Counted from the stretch's first letter, positions 18,300-30,032 are shown. The stretch: 32,000 nt of DNA from Wolbachia endosymbiont strain TRS of Brugia malayi (GCF_000008385.1 NC_006833.1:240001-272000); one strand, 5' to 3'. Made by a program: numbers and translations. The notes: generated by a model from the sequence alone, not told the origin.

Positions 18300-19700
18300 C
18301 GGCTGGGATTGAGACGAAGATAAAGACAAAAATAAAGCTTATAGCGTTATTCTTCAAGGATACAACAAGATAAAGGGAGATAGATAAGAGCTTTAAGAAA
18401 AAGCCAAAGAAGAGTGGAGGAAATATATTAAAGATGGTGTTAAAGAAGTTTCAATGTACGGTAATCACGCAAGTATTAAGCTGGAGGACAATAAGAAAGA
18501 GTTTAAAATTAGCGAATTTTTAAACAGTGATTTTTGTCAAAAGAATGGAATCTCTGGATTTTCAACGTTGCACAGAGATGAGAAGAGCGGAATGCACGGT
18601 TTTGTTGCTGAGGAAGGAGAAGGGAAAGACAAGAGAAAAGTAAGGCATTATGTAGTAACCGATGGTTCATATGAAATTACTCTAAACTGGCCAGTAAACG
18701 GGGAAACCCATATAATTAAGATACGCATTTATCCTGATGGGGAGAAATTGACGGAGATTATTGAGTGACTACAAAAATAAAAAGATAAATGTTGCTGTAA
18801 CAAAGACGTAAAATTATGGAATTTGTCTTTAGAGGATGCATTAAAAAAAGGAAGAGAGATAAAAAATGAAGTGCGATATCAGGACAGTAATAAGCTGTTA
18901 TTTGAAGTTGCAACAGAAAGTGATGGTGATAGAGATATTAGCATTTAAGCTACTGATATAAATCGAGAGGTTAATTCTCAGAACATTGGATTATGGCCTA
19001 ATAGTGAAGACGGGTCAGGTTACGGCAGTCAAGAAGAGAATCCTCAGGACGGAAGAACTTCTCTGCTACTACTACTTAGCACTATTCACTTCCATCTAAA
19101 AAAGACGTTTCCAATGAGCAAGGGGAAAGCACCTCTACCAAGTCTGTGAGCTAAAATCAAGATGATGGACAAAATGAAATAAGTTCTAACACAGTTGATG
19201 TAGCGCAAAAACGATTCTTGGAGAACATTCTAGCAAATATAAACGAAGGCAAACAATATAACCCTATACGTAAGTGGTTAAAGGGCAAGATTAAAGGTAG
19301 AGAGAAAAATCAAAATCTGTATACGCTCTAGAAAAAAGCTGTCTCCAAAAAAAGTGGCCAAGGTAATAGCCTCTCATAGTAATGGACAGGAACCTGAAGG
19401 AGAAGAGTTAAATTACCGAAAAACACATGAAGCATTAGAAAGGTGGAAGGAAAAATGGCCAAGTAATTATAAAAGAATTAACAAAGTTAACGCATCATCC
19501 TCAACAGAGCAAGGAAAGACTGGAAAAATGGGAGTTCAAACTGATGAAAAAACCGTGAATTATTTGATGAGAAAGACAAATATATCAGAACAGAATTCTC
19601 AGATCCAAACCAGATTCCTTCTAATAGATCAGGAAAATCAAGAAGTTAGGCTAGCTTTGTTGCATAGCTACCAGCCACCTAAGTAGCTTACAGAAATGCA
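18300..19700 (+). pseudogene. Decayed paralog of the 913-aa protein, N-terminal part
   Basis: Frame-broken AGWD.DE...KAYSVILQGYNKIKG, then MYGNHASIKLEDNKKEFKISEFLNSDFCQKNGISGFSTLHRDEKSGMHGFVAEEGEGKDKRKVRHYVVTDGSYEITLNW (ORF 18454-18768), followed by out-of-frame LEDALKKGREIKNEVRYQDSNKLLFEVATESDGDRDISI* and ORF 19354-19686. Extent beyond about 18960 is uncertain. Confidence 0.7.
18466..18677 (+). repeat. 212-bp inverted repeat arm, identical to 8492-8703
   Basis: See the partner arm. Same sequence in opposite orientation. Confidence 0.92.
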
Positions 19701-20087
19701 AAAAACTACTCAACAAACTTCACCAGCTTCCTTATTGTAACATTGAAGCTAATTATTTATCTTCTCTATACAGATTTAAACGACAAAAGACTCAATGTAC
19801 TTGATGCCTCATATTTAATTTTTTGCACTATGTGCACCGTATATCTTTATAACCTTTCAGGTTTTTACTTAATATAATTGAAATGCGCTTGTTAAAGCAT
19901 TTGACACAGTAAAAAATGCCAATTTAAAAAGATAGGTAGTGAATAATTAGCTAACAGGGTTTTTTACCTTTTTTCTGCTTAGTAATTTTTCTAACGTTTA
20001 AATTTAGATCAGCTATGACTTAAAAGGAGCTAGATTGGACGTTTAGAATAAAAAAATGCTAACTATAAAGTTAATATAAATAACTCG

Positions 20088-20148
20088 CCACCAACGGGTT
20101 TTTTGCCTTTTTTTCTATTTAAAAAATTTCTTAAATATTTGTAACTAC
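20088..20148 (+). repeat. Dispersed T-rich 60-bp repeat, copy C
   Basis: caccaacgggttttttgcctttttttctatttaaaaaatttcttaaatatttgtaacta. Related copies at 72-133 (+), 9171-9230 (-), 15942-16003 (-), and a weaker one near 19950-20020. Confidence 0.6.
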
Positions 20149-20200
20149 CGTCGTTCCTTAGCGAGATCTAAAGATACTGTGGAGTATGATGAGGAATTGC

Positions 20201-20241
20201 CATTCCAGTGTGTTGAATCCCAATGTCGGAGCACTGGAATG
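20201..20241. repeat. Palindromic dispersed element, Wolbachia-type CATTCCAGTG...CACTGGAATG
   Basis: 10-bp perfect arms 20201-20210 and 20232-20241 with a 21-nt spacer. Confidence 0.75.
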
Positions 20242-20289
20242 ACAAAAAGAGGGGAGTGGAATAAACAGCAAGAACGCTCACTAACATAG

Positions 20290-21660
20290 AAAATATAAAC
20301 TTTCTCAAACTCATTGAGTTATGCTTTCAAAACGGTAGTACGGGATGTGAATATAATGATTACTAATATATAAAAGTCATAGCGAACAGACTTGAAGCGG
20401 CAGGCACTGGTGCAGTGAGACGAATAATATTTAGTATGCCTTCACGCTCGAAGAAGCCCATATGCGTAAGAGTAATAATTGTGAGCTATTCCCAGCGAAA
20501 AGCACTCGCTCGATACTAGGTGCGTAATGTAGTCTGATTGGTATAAAAAGCTATTTCTAGAAGTAGAACTATCCATAGAACAAAATACTAAGTATAAATT
20601 TCAAACAGTGCGGAGAGAATACAAAATTGCAACGTCTGTTGGGGGAACATTAACCAGCAAAGAAGGTGATTTTATTATTGTCAACGACCAACTGAGTTCC
20701 GCTCAAGCTTTAAGCGAAACGCTTAGAAAGCGTGCCACAAGCTGGTTTGATCAGACTTTAGTAACTAGGCTCAACAATAGAAAAAAGGAATAATTGTGCT
20801 TGTGATGCATAGGCTACATCAGGAAGATTTAGCCTGACACCTTCTCTCCAAACCGAAAAATATGTTGCATTAAATTTGTTTGCCAACAATAGCTAAAAAT
20901 AAGGAGTCTATCTATTCAATTGAAAAGCCAATGTCTCCTTCTCTTATTCCTGTAATCAGAGTAACTACAAATAATTACAAGAGCTGAATTACAGCATCAA
21001 GTGCTAAAATAACGCCATCGTAATATTACCCTCGAGGGAAGAAGGTCAGTTGCTATATCTTCTAGATGGAGGAAAAGAAGAGATTGAAACGATAAAAATT
21101 GACTTGGGAATTACGCTTTTGCTGTACAATATCAACAAAAACCCTCTGTCGCTTTTAAGTGATATAATTAAACAAGAGTGGGCTGGAAGCGCTATAGAAG
21201 TTTTCTTGATGATCTCTTTGCCTATAGCTTAAAGCTAGAATACTGCAGTTTTAATAGGCGACGCTAGCAACTTTAGCGTCCGCACTACCTGGGCAAAAGT
21301 AGGTAAAAAATTCTATTTACTTGATGTATAACGTGCAAAATTTGAATATCCAAAACTTAGTTTTGTCCTTAGCAGAAAGATGGATGCCACATGCAATTTT
21401 GATTGAAGCAGAAACAAGTGGTCAACAATTAGTACAAGATCTGAAGGTAAGCAGTGATTTAGCCATTGTCGAAATAATGCCACATAATGATAAGCTCACT
21501 TGATTTCATTAAATTAGTTCCTACTATAGAGTCTGGCAAGGTTTTTCTACTGCATCAAGCAGTATGGCTAGAAGATTTTGAGTATGAGATTTTAATGTTT
21601 CCAGGAATCCGTCATGATGACCAAGTGGACAGCACCATACAATACCTGCACAGTGAATAA
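20290..21660 (+). pseudogene. Phage terminase large subunit (TerL), frameshifted; prophage remnant
   Basis: Collinear TerL-like segments in changing frames: FLKLIELCFQ, VIANRLEAAGTGAVRRIIFSMPSRSKK, HSLDTRCVMQSDWYKKLFLEVELSIEQNTKYKFQT, EYKIATSVGGTLTSKEGDFIIVNDQLSSAQALSETLRKRATSWFDQTLVTRLNNRKKE, LVMHRLHQEDLA, EIETIKIDLG-NYAFAVQYQQ, GDASNFSVRTTWAKVGKKFYLLDV, SLAERWMPHAILIEAETSGQQLVQDLK, WLEDFEYEILMFPGIRHDDQVDSTIQYL. Confidence 0.85.
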
Positions 21661-22521
21661 GAAAAACTAACACCAATACCTTCAGAATCAGGAGTTTTTC
21701 CCACAACTTTATTTGAGATATTCATGGTAAAATCAGCACACTTAATACTATTTATTGCATAAATTACCTGTAAATTGTAACGTTTGTACAGTTGCGTGTA
21801 AAAGCACTGATATGATTTTAACATAGCTCCAAAGGTCTATAAACTACCGCATAAGTTCAAGTTCCTATTATTATCTTACATTTTTATCATAGCCCCTATA
21901 AATTACGCATAGTTTCTACTAAATCATTATACCATTTATTGTAAAATTGTATTTTATATCTTAGGATCATATTATACATCTATTTAAGTTTTTATCCTAT
22001 ACGTGAACAACGGCAGCATAGCGCTGTCTTCTATACTTAGTGCTATTACTGATACAATCTTAGGTACTCTAAAAAACACAGCAGTAAACACACCTAATGT
22101 GAAAAGTACTGGCTACAACATTCTGCCGAATACTGCAAGCAAAGTTGTACCAGTTGTTATCACTGTTATCATTGATCCACCTATACTGTGAGTATAAGAG
22201 CACCATTCTACATAGTAGAATGTTCGGGTTCTCAGCATTTATATCAAATGCAAAGGAGAAAAATTAAAAACATAAGTAGAAGAATTTTTTTTATTATGTT
22301 TTATCTACAACAATTTTTGCTTTGTTTTAGATTATCCCTCACCTTGATTAAATTTGGATAAATTGTGCAAGAAGAACTCTGTTGCGTAGCGACTAATAAA
22401 AAGAGCAAGGATGGAGGAAAATATTTAAAATGCCGGTGATATTGGACTGATAGTTTAAGAGATCTTCTAAATAAGTTATCTTATTATACACTGTGCAGCA
22501 TAATGGTGAGGTCTATTACCA

Positions 22522-23727
22522 TCAGTCCTTCAGGTGTTCTTCAGCATATTTGAGTAAGCCGTATATAAGAATTGCGATTGTAGAACATATAACTGTCAGC
22601 AGTAAATTTGACAAAACACCATAAGAGAAGAATTTTCCCACTATATATATTCCGGTAGCCCCAAACATCATATTGCAGAATGAGAGAACTGCACTACCAA
22701 GCCCTATGCCTTCGATCGTTTCTAATGCAGAGGTTACGTTGTTGCTTATTATCAATGCAAGTCCAATATTGTTTGGAACCCAGCACATTATGAGGGTGTA
22801 TATATTTAATTTATCTATTAAGTAAAGATATATCAGCGAACAGTCAGATATTATTGGTAATACTAAACCTATCATTAACATCCTGCTAACTCCCACCTTC
22901 TGTACACATCTTCTGTTAATTAAAGTTCCGATTATGTAAAATATGACTATGATTGATATAAAATAACCAAAGTGTCGCACCTCAATACCCATAGATTCAA
23001 ATATGAAAGGATAGTTAACGATATATGCCCAAAGCCACATGAAAGTTAATCCATGAATAGTTGAAAATCCAAGAAAACGATAATTCCTAAATGTTGATAT
23101 ATATTGCTTAGAGACATCAATGATTATCTTAGTTATGTTAGTCTTATTTTTATTAATATTGAGTGTCTCTTGTAACTTAAAGTAAATAAAGATAAGCATA
23201 ATAATTGCCGCAAGTGATATAATAAAAAACAAAAATTTCCAGTGATAACCATGTGAAATTATATGACTACTTACCACTGGAGCAATTCCAGGTGAAAGTG
23301 CTACTATCATATTTAACTTTGAAACTACCCTTGAGTATTCACTACCCGAGTACATATCCCTTATTGCTGCATATCCAACAACGCCTGCAACCCCAGCTCC
23401 TACCCCTTGTATGAAGCGAATGAGTATTAAGAGCACAATATTATCAGCTATATAACACGCAATACTTGCTAAAGTAAAAATTGTCATACCAATCAGCATT
23501 ACCGGACGTCTACCATAATGATCCGATAATGGACCATAAATTAATCCAGACATTGCAAGTCCAACTAAATTTAAGCTAATTGTAAGTTGTACTACACGGC
23601 CTCCTACTTCAAAATAATTGGCAATGCTTGGTAGTGCAACTGAGTACAGGTCAGTTGCCATATCGACAATTGCTACAGAAAATATCATGATAAGAGAGAT
23701 GACCTTTTGTGAAAGAACTATTACCAC
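22522..23727 (-). CDS. Bcr/CflA-type MFS drug-resistance transporter
   Basis: 401 aa. DMATDLYSVALPSIANYF, LVGLAMSGLIYGPLSDHYGRRPVMLIGMTIF, RFIQGVGAGVAGVVGYAAIRDMY. Confidence 0.85.
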   Translation of the reverse strand: MVIVLSQKVISLIMIFSVAIVDMATDLYSVALPSIANYFEVGGRVVQLTISLNLVGLAMSGLIYGPLSDHYGRRPVMLIGMTIFTLASIACYIADNIVLLILIRFIQGVGAGVAGVVGYAAIRDMYSGSEYSRVVSKLNMIVALSPGIAPVVSSHIISHGYHWKFLFFIISLAAIIMLIFIYFKLQETLNINKNKTNITKIIIDVSKQYISTFRNYRFLGFSTIHGLTFMWLWAYIVNYPFIFESMGIEVRHFGYFISIIVIFYIIGTLINRRCVQKVGVSRMLMIGLVLPIISDCSLIYLYLIDKLNIYTLIMCWVPNNIGLALIISNNVTSALETIEGIGLGSAVLSFCNMMFGATGIYIVGKFFSYGVLSNLLLTVICSTIAILIYGLLKYAEEHLKD

Positions 23728-24363
23728 TTAATGATTCGCTGAGCTACAGAAGTTTGATTATAATATATTTTTTCTATTAGTACATTAATTTAACTACCTG
23801 ACTTGAAAGTTCCTCTTGTCATCCAAATAGTCAAAACTAATTCTTCTTTTCTAGGTTCCAGCGTCATGTGTGGCATTTTGGAATTCCATAAAATTGCCAT
23901 AGTGGTCAAGTTTTTTTTGAGCTTAGCAAAACCATCTAAGTTGAAAAATGACATAGAAAAAGCGGGTATATAAAGATATGTCTAATGTTTATGAAGTATA
24001 CTCTAGTCTTCTTATTATAAATGATGTGTCTGTATCCTATTGTAATAATAATTACTTCGCATTTTGCAGTGTTTACATGACATATAATACAATAATCGTC
24101 AACTCTTAACTTTCCACGCCCTTTTTAAGCTATAGTGCAATGGTTCAGCAAGATTTATCTGAATTAATTGTAAAGAATTTTTTACCTGTTTCAATAAAAA
24201 ATTTTAGGCGTACTGAATTTTATAACAAATGGTACAAAACTAAGTATAGTATTGTAAGACGTGACTAAAAATTAAGAAGGTATTCTAGCGGTTAACACTG
24301 AATGTATTTTTATGATAAGGGTTCAACAACTTTACATAATATCTAATAAAAGTTAAGAAGGGC

Positions 24364-25062
24364 ATGAATAAATCACAATTGGTCAAAAAGGTTTTCGACT
24401 CTGTGGCGTATCGCTATGACATCATGAATGATATAATAAGCCTAGGAATACACAGACTATGGAAGGATAAGATGGTAAATAGCGTGCATTTTACAAAAAA
24501 CTCTCAGGTTTTAGATGTTGCTGGGGGAACCGGAGACATAGCAATAAGAATAGTAAGAAGAGAGCCGAGTGTTCAGGTTACAGTATGTGATATAAATCAA
24601 AACATGCTAAGTAGAGGACGCAATAAAGCCATAAACTCAAATCAGCTTAATTTTAATTGGGTGTGTGCAAACGCAGAAAGTTTGCCATTTGAAGACTCTG
24701 AGTTCGACTGTTGCACAATAGCTTTTGGTATTCGGAACGTTTCCGATCGTAAAAAAGCTTTAAGTGAGATACACAGAGTACTAAAACCCAATGGACAATT
24801 TATCTGCTTGGAATTTGCTCCTATGCACTATAAAAATGAGATATTTACCAAACTTTATGACTTATACTCACTCAAAGTAATTCCTAAAATCGGCAACATA
24901 GTTACTAAAGATGAAAGTCCTTATCAGTATTTAGTAAGGAGCATTAGAGAGTTTCCAGTTCAGACTGACTTCAAAATGGAAATTGAAGAGGTGGGCTTTA
25001 AGAAAGTTAAATTTCACAATATGAGCTATGGAATAGTGGCATTACATACTGGAACAAAGTAA
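24364..25062 (+). CDS. ubiE: Demethylmenaquinone/2-polyprenyl-6-methoxyphenol C-methyltransferase UbiE
   Basis: 232 aa. [76 protein letters not shown]. Confidence 0.95.
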   Translation: MNKSQLVKKVFDSVAYRYDIMNDIISLGIHRLWKDKMVNSVHFTKNSQVLDVAGGTGDIAIRIVRREPSVQVTVCDINQNMLSRGRNKAINSNQLNFNWVCANAESLPFEDSEFDCCTIAFGIRNVSDRKKALSEIHRVLKPNGQFICLEFAPMHYKNEIFTKLYDLYSLKVIPKIGNIVTKDESPYQYLVRSIREFPVQTDFKMEIEEVGFKKVKFHNMSYGIVALHTGTK

Positions 25063-25118
25063 ATAATTAAACTTTGGTATAGAACACTGGATTACTATCT
25101 CATCCTTCCGGTAATTTT

Positions 25119-26132
25119 TTGTTAACTATAAGCTTCATTCTCGTCTATTTGGCAAACCCTGTAATTGCACAGCGTCTTTCTTTACTACAAGATTACTTTA
25201 TACGGAGCCACATAGTTTATATAGTTTTATCGCTGATTACCTTAGTGACATTTTCTTTTCTCAATACAAAAACCATACTTAATCTCTCATTTGCAAATTT
25301 TACTTTAATTTATTATTTTAATAGTAGCCGTGTTAGTACTTGGTATAGAGACAAAAGGCGCAAAACGATGGTTACATATCGTCAAAATTTCAGTTCAACC
25401 TTCTGAGTTTGTAAGACCATTTTTTCTGTTGTTATAGTTAGTATCTTTGCCAGTAAAATAAAGTTTAAAGTATACATGTCAATTATAATATTCATGCTAG
25501 TCTTCACGTTGTACTTTTGCAACCTGATTTCAGTATGTCTGTGCTTTTAGTGTATTCTTTTATTAGTCAAATATTTATTGCATGTGTACCACTTTTATAC
25601 TTTTCATGTATAGCAGGAATAGTCACAACTGGAATTACAACATCCTACTTATGTTTTCCACATATAAAGCAAAGGATTCGCAGCTTTCTCCTCATTCGCA
25701 CAGCACGATAATTTTCAAGTTATAAAGTCATTGGAAGCATTCAAAAAAGGTCAGTTAACTGGTGTTAGGCCTGATGAAGGCAACGTAAGGATCTTTCTCC
25801 CTGATTGTCACGCAGATTTTGTATTCTCTGTTTTAGCAGAGGAGTTTGGGTTGACTATGTATTTAGCCACATTGATATTACTCGGCATCATTTCTGCTCG
25901 CTTGCTTTACTTTGCATATAAAGGAAATGAACTATTTAATCTGCTGGTAATTTTGGATATCTCAATTCAACTTATTACACAATTTATAATAAACATAGGG
26001 GTAACGTTGAACATTGTTCTAACCACTAGCATAACTTTGCCGCTACTTAGCTATGGCGGCTCTTCTTTTTTATCTTCGAGCATTGCACTTGGCATAATGC
26101 TGTCTTTAGTAGAAACCAGACTATCATATTAA
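25119..26132 (+). pseudogene. ftsW: FtsW/RodA/SpoVE (SEDS) family protein, frameshifted
   Basis: Three ORFs in two frames (25119-25406, 25517-25711, 25731-26132), collinear with a SEDS protein: LLQPDFSMSVLL, VIKSLEAFKKGQLTGVRPDEGNVRIFLPDCHADFVFSVLAEEFG, LPLLSYGGSSFLSSSIALGIMLSL. Confidence 0.85.
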
Positions 26133-26253
26133 ATCTTCGTGAGCGTATTTCTTTTTAAAAAACACGCTACAGACTAGTTCCTTTATACTATACCTTTCCT
26201 CTTTCTCCTGAAACCAAAATCCATATACTTAACTTCAGAAACTTCAAAATAAG

Positions 26254-27960
26254 ATGCGATCTAATATCAGGCAATTATTTTATTACATAAAACCTAATCT
26301 GCATTATTTCATCATAGCTTTTATTGCAGTTTTATCTTCAGCTTTAACGATTCTCCTTTTTGGCAGAGGCTTGAGTAACATAATTGATTCTGGTGCAGAG
26401 CACAACTTTACCACTAAGCTATTAGTTACTATATTTATAGTTTTAGCCATTTCTCTCACTGCATTTATTAGATTGTATTTCATTGGGATTGGCAGCGAGA
26501 AAGTTATTGCAAGAATAAGATATGACTTATATGGAAATATTACTGATTTGCAACCAAGTTTCTTTGAGAATACAAGTGTTCAAGATGTCATCTCAGCACT
26601 AATTACTGATACCTCTGTGCTGCAATCAATAATGAATAGCAGCTTACTAACCATATTACGAAATTTTATAATTTTGATTGGTAGTGTTGCCATGCTACTA
26701 TATACAAACCTACATTTAACTACATATGCTGCTGCAATAATACCAATGCTACTTATTATCATGACTTCACTTGGGAAAAAAGTGCGCAATTATGCACGCT
26801 TTGCTCAGAATAAGCTAAGTGAGCTTGCATCATTTAGTGAAGAAAATTTCAGGTCTATAGTAACTATAAAATCATTTGTATTGGAAGAAAACGAAAAAAT
26901 CCGTTTTAAGGAGCATCTAGATTCAGTGTCAAAATCATATGTAAAATTAGTATTCTTGCGCGCTATTTTAGTAACCTTGGTTATCGCGTGTGTGATAGGC
27001 TCACTAGTAATTTTGCTGTTTTTCGGTATTAAAGAAGTCTTAAGTAATAATATAACTGTTGGAGAACTATCTTCATTCGTGTTTTACTCAGCACTTGCAG
27101 CAGGAACTGTAAACAATTTGAGTGATAACATCAGTGATCTACAGCGAGGCTTTGGAATAGTAGAGCGTTTGTTTGAATTTAAAAATATGAAAAGCTCTAT
27201 AATGGATGTCGATAATCCTATAAAAATTTGTGGTGTTAAAAAAGGAATTTCCTTTAATGGCGTAACATTTTTTTATGAATCTCAACCTGATAAGCCAGCG
27301 CTAGATAATGTATCATTTTCTATAGAGACAGGCCAAGCGGTATCAATCATTGGCCCATCTGGCAGTGGTAAGAGCACCATTTTAAAGCTCCTGCTCCGTT
27401 TTCATGATCCAGGCAAAGGCAGTATTACTATCGATGGGTATAACGTTAAATCAATTGCTTTAAGTAACCTTAGATCATTGTTTGGTTTGGTGCCACAAGA
27501 TCATATTATATTTTCGTGTTCAATAATGGAAAATATACTGTATGGTAAACCAGGTGCTGAATATGAGGAAGTGAGGCAAGCAGCTATTAGTGCTTATGCG
27601 ATGGAGTTTATTGAAAAGCTACCTGATAAATTTGACACATTTGTAGGAAAAAGAGGATTAAAACTTTCCGAAGGACAAAAGCAACGCATTATAATAGCAA
27701 GGGCCATACTAAAAAACCCCCAGATTTTGATACTGGATGAAGCAACTTCTGCTCTTGATTATAAAAGTGAAAACCTTGTACAAAAGGCACTGAGTAAATT
27801 AATGCAAAACAGAACAACAATCATGATTACACATAGGTTATCAACCGCACTCAAAACTGACAAGGTTATAGTAGTCAATCATGGGAAAGTAGAAGAAGTA
27901 GGAACTCATGACTCTTTAATGAGTAAAGGTGGATTGTATGCGAAACTAACGAAAATATAG
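26254..27960 (+). CDS. ABC exporter, permease-ATPase fusion (MsbA-like)
   Basis: 568 aa. TM domain plus Walker A IIGPSGSGKST, signature LSEGQKQRI and Walker B ILILDEATSALD. Confidence 0.93.
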   Translation: MRSNIRQLFYYIKPNLHYFIIAFIAVLSSALTILLFGRGLSNIIDSGAEHNFTTKLLVTIFIVLAISLTAFIRLYFIGIGSEKVIARIRYDLYGNITDLQPSFFENTSVQDVISALITDTSVLQSIMNSSLLTILRNFIILIGSVAMLLYTNLHLTTYAAAIIPMLLIIMTSLGKKVRNYARFAQNKLSELASFSEENFRSIVTIKSFVLEENEKIRFKEHLDSVSKSYVKLVFLRAILVTLVIACVIGSLVILLFFGIKEVLSNNITVGELSSFVFYSALAAGTVNNLSDNISDLQRGFGIVERLFEFKNMKSSIMDVDNPIKICGVKKGISFNGVTFFYESQPDKPALDNVSFSIETGQAVSIIGPSGSGKSTILKLLLRFHDPGKGSITIDGYNVKSIALSNLRSLFGLVPQDHIIFSCSIMENILYGKPGAEYEEVRQAAISAYAMEFIEKLPDKFDTFVGKRGLKLSEGQKQRIIIARAILKNPQILILDEATSALDYKSENLVQKALSKLMQNRTTIMITHRLSTALKTDKVIVVNHGKVEEVGTHDSLMSKGGLYAKLTKI

Positions 27961-28796
27961 TAGGCATGACCTATTAAAGTACCATACAAATCAAAAAAAA
28001 TTCAAATCATACTGTTGTCAATTGGATAGATATTCTAAATTTAGAATAAAATTATTAAACTATTAACTATTTTAACTTATAATAACTTAATATTATTTTT
28101 TTAAAGACTATTATGATTTATACTCATGCTTTTTTACTAAGACAATAATGTATGACTTCTTACTTACCATTACCAGTTTTTTCCAATGCATACATCTTGT
28201 ACGCCTACGTACACACCTTATGCTATTAACTCATGTCATAATTTACATGACATATATCACAATCCTTGTGATGTATTATGACCTTTTTACTAAAAGATTG
28301 TTTTAAACAACTTACCACACATATAATGCTGCTTTAGCATATACGTGCCCTAAGCCTTTCTAAGAGCATATGGACATTATTTGAATAATGTTCACTAATC
28401 CTATATTTCTCTTAATTTAAAGAAATTTCATAAGCAAGAGCTATCTACATGACAACTTCACCCACAACTCATTTTAGCAACACAATTAATCTAACCATAC
28501 TTACAATTTCTCTTTGAAGTCTTATCATTTTTTTGCAACAAAACCTCTGAACTCCAATATCTGCTACTTATGCGACGGCTGGTTTGCCTACAATTATTAA
28601 TGCGGCATAAACAAATCTTCTAGCTATGAAGCGACTTTGCTAAGCATATATTGCTTAGCTGCATCACTGTCAATATCGTATTTTAAAACGTATTGCAAAT
28701 TAAGGATCTCAGATATGCTAATTTAGTCTTCATGTTATAAAATTATTAATTATTTTATCCTATAATAATCTAATAGTCATTTTTTAAGGATTTTTA

Positions 28797-29700
28797 TGAC
28801 TTGTTATTCAGTTTTACAACTATACGATGCTTATTCCCATGGTATAGATAAACCTTATTTCTCAGATTGTAAACCATTATACATATTTGATAGATTTGAC
28901 AATAGGCCTTACTTTGATAGGGATTACATGACCACGAAAAAATTTTCCCTGCAGGCGATTACCGCATCATAATTTACACACGTCTTCCAAACATCATCAT
29001 ATTCCATTCTAAGGTGATCATAACCCATATTTCAAACATTATTGTAATCCATATCACAGTAATCATCGTGATATAGCATGGTGTCATGCTCACGACTTTG
29101 GTAACACAGTAGTGCTAAATATACCAACATATTGAACTCGAGGTGAAAGTGGAAAAATAGGAACTAGGATAATAGAAGTTGCAGAACTGCAGGAGTATCT
29201 GATGGTCTAGATGCTGCAGCATTTGGTTCTAGTGCAGATGCACTTTTAGGATAACAAATTGTTGCAGGTAATTGTAAGCGAAGGTGATAAAAGACGTGAA
29301 AAGTGCGTAGAGAATTAGAAGTGAGCAATATCATATTATGATTACAAACAGCGTTGACTTAATATGATAAATAGAATATAAGAAAAAGAAGGGATGTGCA
29401 CTATGTACACCTGTCTATCAACTTATAACCTTTATAGCTCATTTGATTATAGTCTTTCTTGTCTTTCCTACTAGTACTGTTAATTTGAGATAAAGTTTTA
29501 AATTATATAGAAGATTTTTATGCCAGAAAATGATGAGAATTTAGAGACTACAGTAGAAGAAAGCAGCGAAGAGGAAATCTCATAACTTATGCTTTAAGCA
29601 TTGTCGTGATCCATATTATTATATTATAATACTGCATGTTATCATGCCCATGATTCTGGCAATATAGTGGTAATATCTTATTGTTGGAAAGGTGGCTACC
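28797..29700 (+). pseudogene. Degraded His/Cys/Tyr-rich short-protein family relics, two diverged tandem copies
   Basis: MTCYSVLQLYDAYSHGIDKPYFSDCKPLYIFDRFDNRPYFDRDYMTTKKFSLQAITAS*. Fragments YFKHYCNPYHSNHRD.../CHAHDFGNTVVLNI at about 29020-29130 resemble CFKHCRDPYYY.../LSCHDSGNIVVIS at about 29590-29680. Confidence 0.35.
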
Positions 29701-30032
29701 CATAGTAAAAGTTGGAGGATATACAGAATTTTTTAATTTAAATAAACCAGTACTGATATCTGATCTAGGTTCAACATTTTGATTATTATTAACTGCAAAT
29801 AAAGAGCTGTTTAATTTTGATAAACTGTGTGAACGAAGATAAAGAGAGGACATTTTGCAAATATATGTGCTTTATATTTTACAAGTTGTCCTGTACCGTT
29901 GTCTGAGAAAATACGGCATTATTGGTAGACTTTTTCCTCTTAGCAGTTCTTGTATAAGTTACACAACATAACCCTTCCATTAGTCTTGTTTATTCGCTAT
30001 ATTGTTGGAGGTTTTCATAGTCTTTCCAATCG

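Noticed and set aside
21050-21232. 61-aa ORF considered as an independent small phage gene
   Set aside because: Translation in adjacent frames (EIETIKIDLG + NYAFAVQYQQ) shows it is the middle of the frameshifted TerL.
22204-22222. Perfect short palindrome CATTCTAC-ATA-GTAGAATG
   Set aside because: Real, but short (8-bp arms) and in AT-rich DNA with no promoter, terminator or repeat context. No function can be supported.
28233-28272. Adjacent small dyads (ATGTCAT/ATGACAT and ATCAC/GTGAT)
   Set aside because: Arms of 5-7 bp are expected by chance in low-complexity AT-rich sequence. No array structure, so not CRISPR-like.
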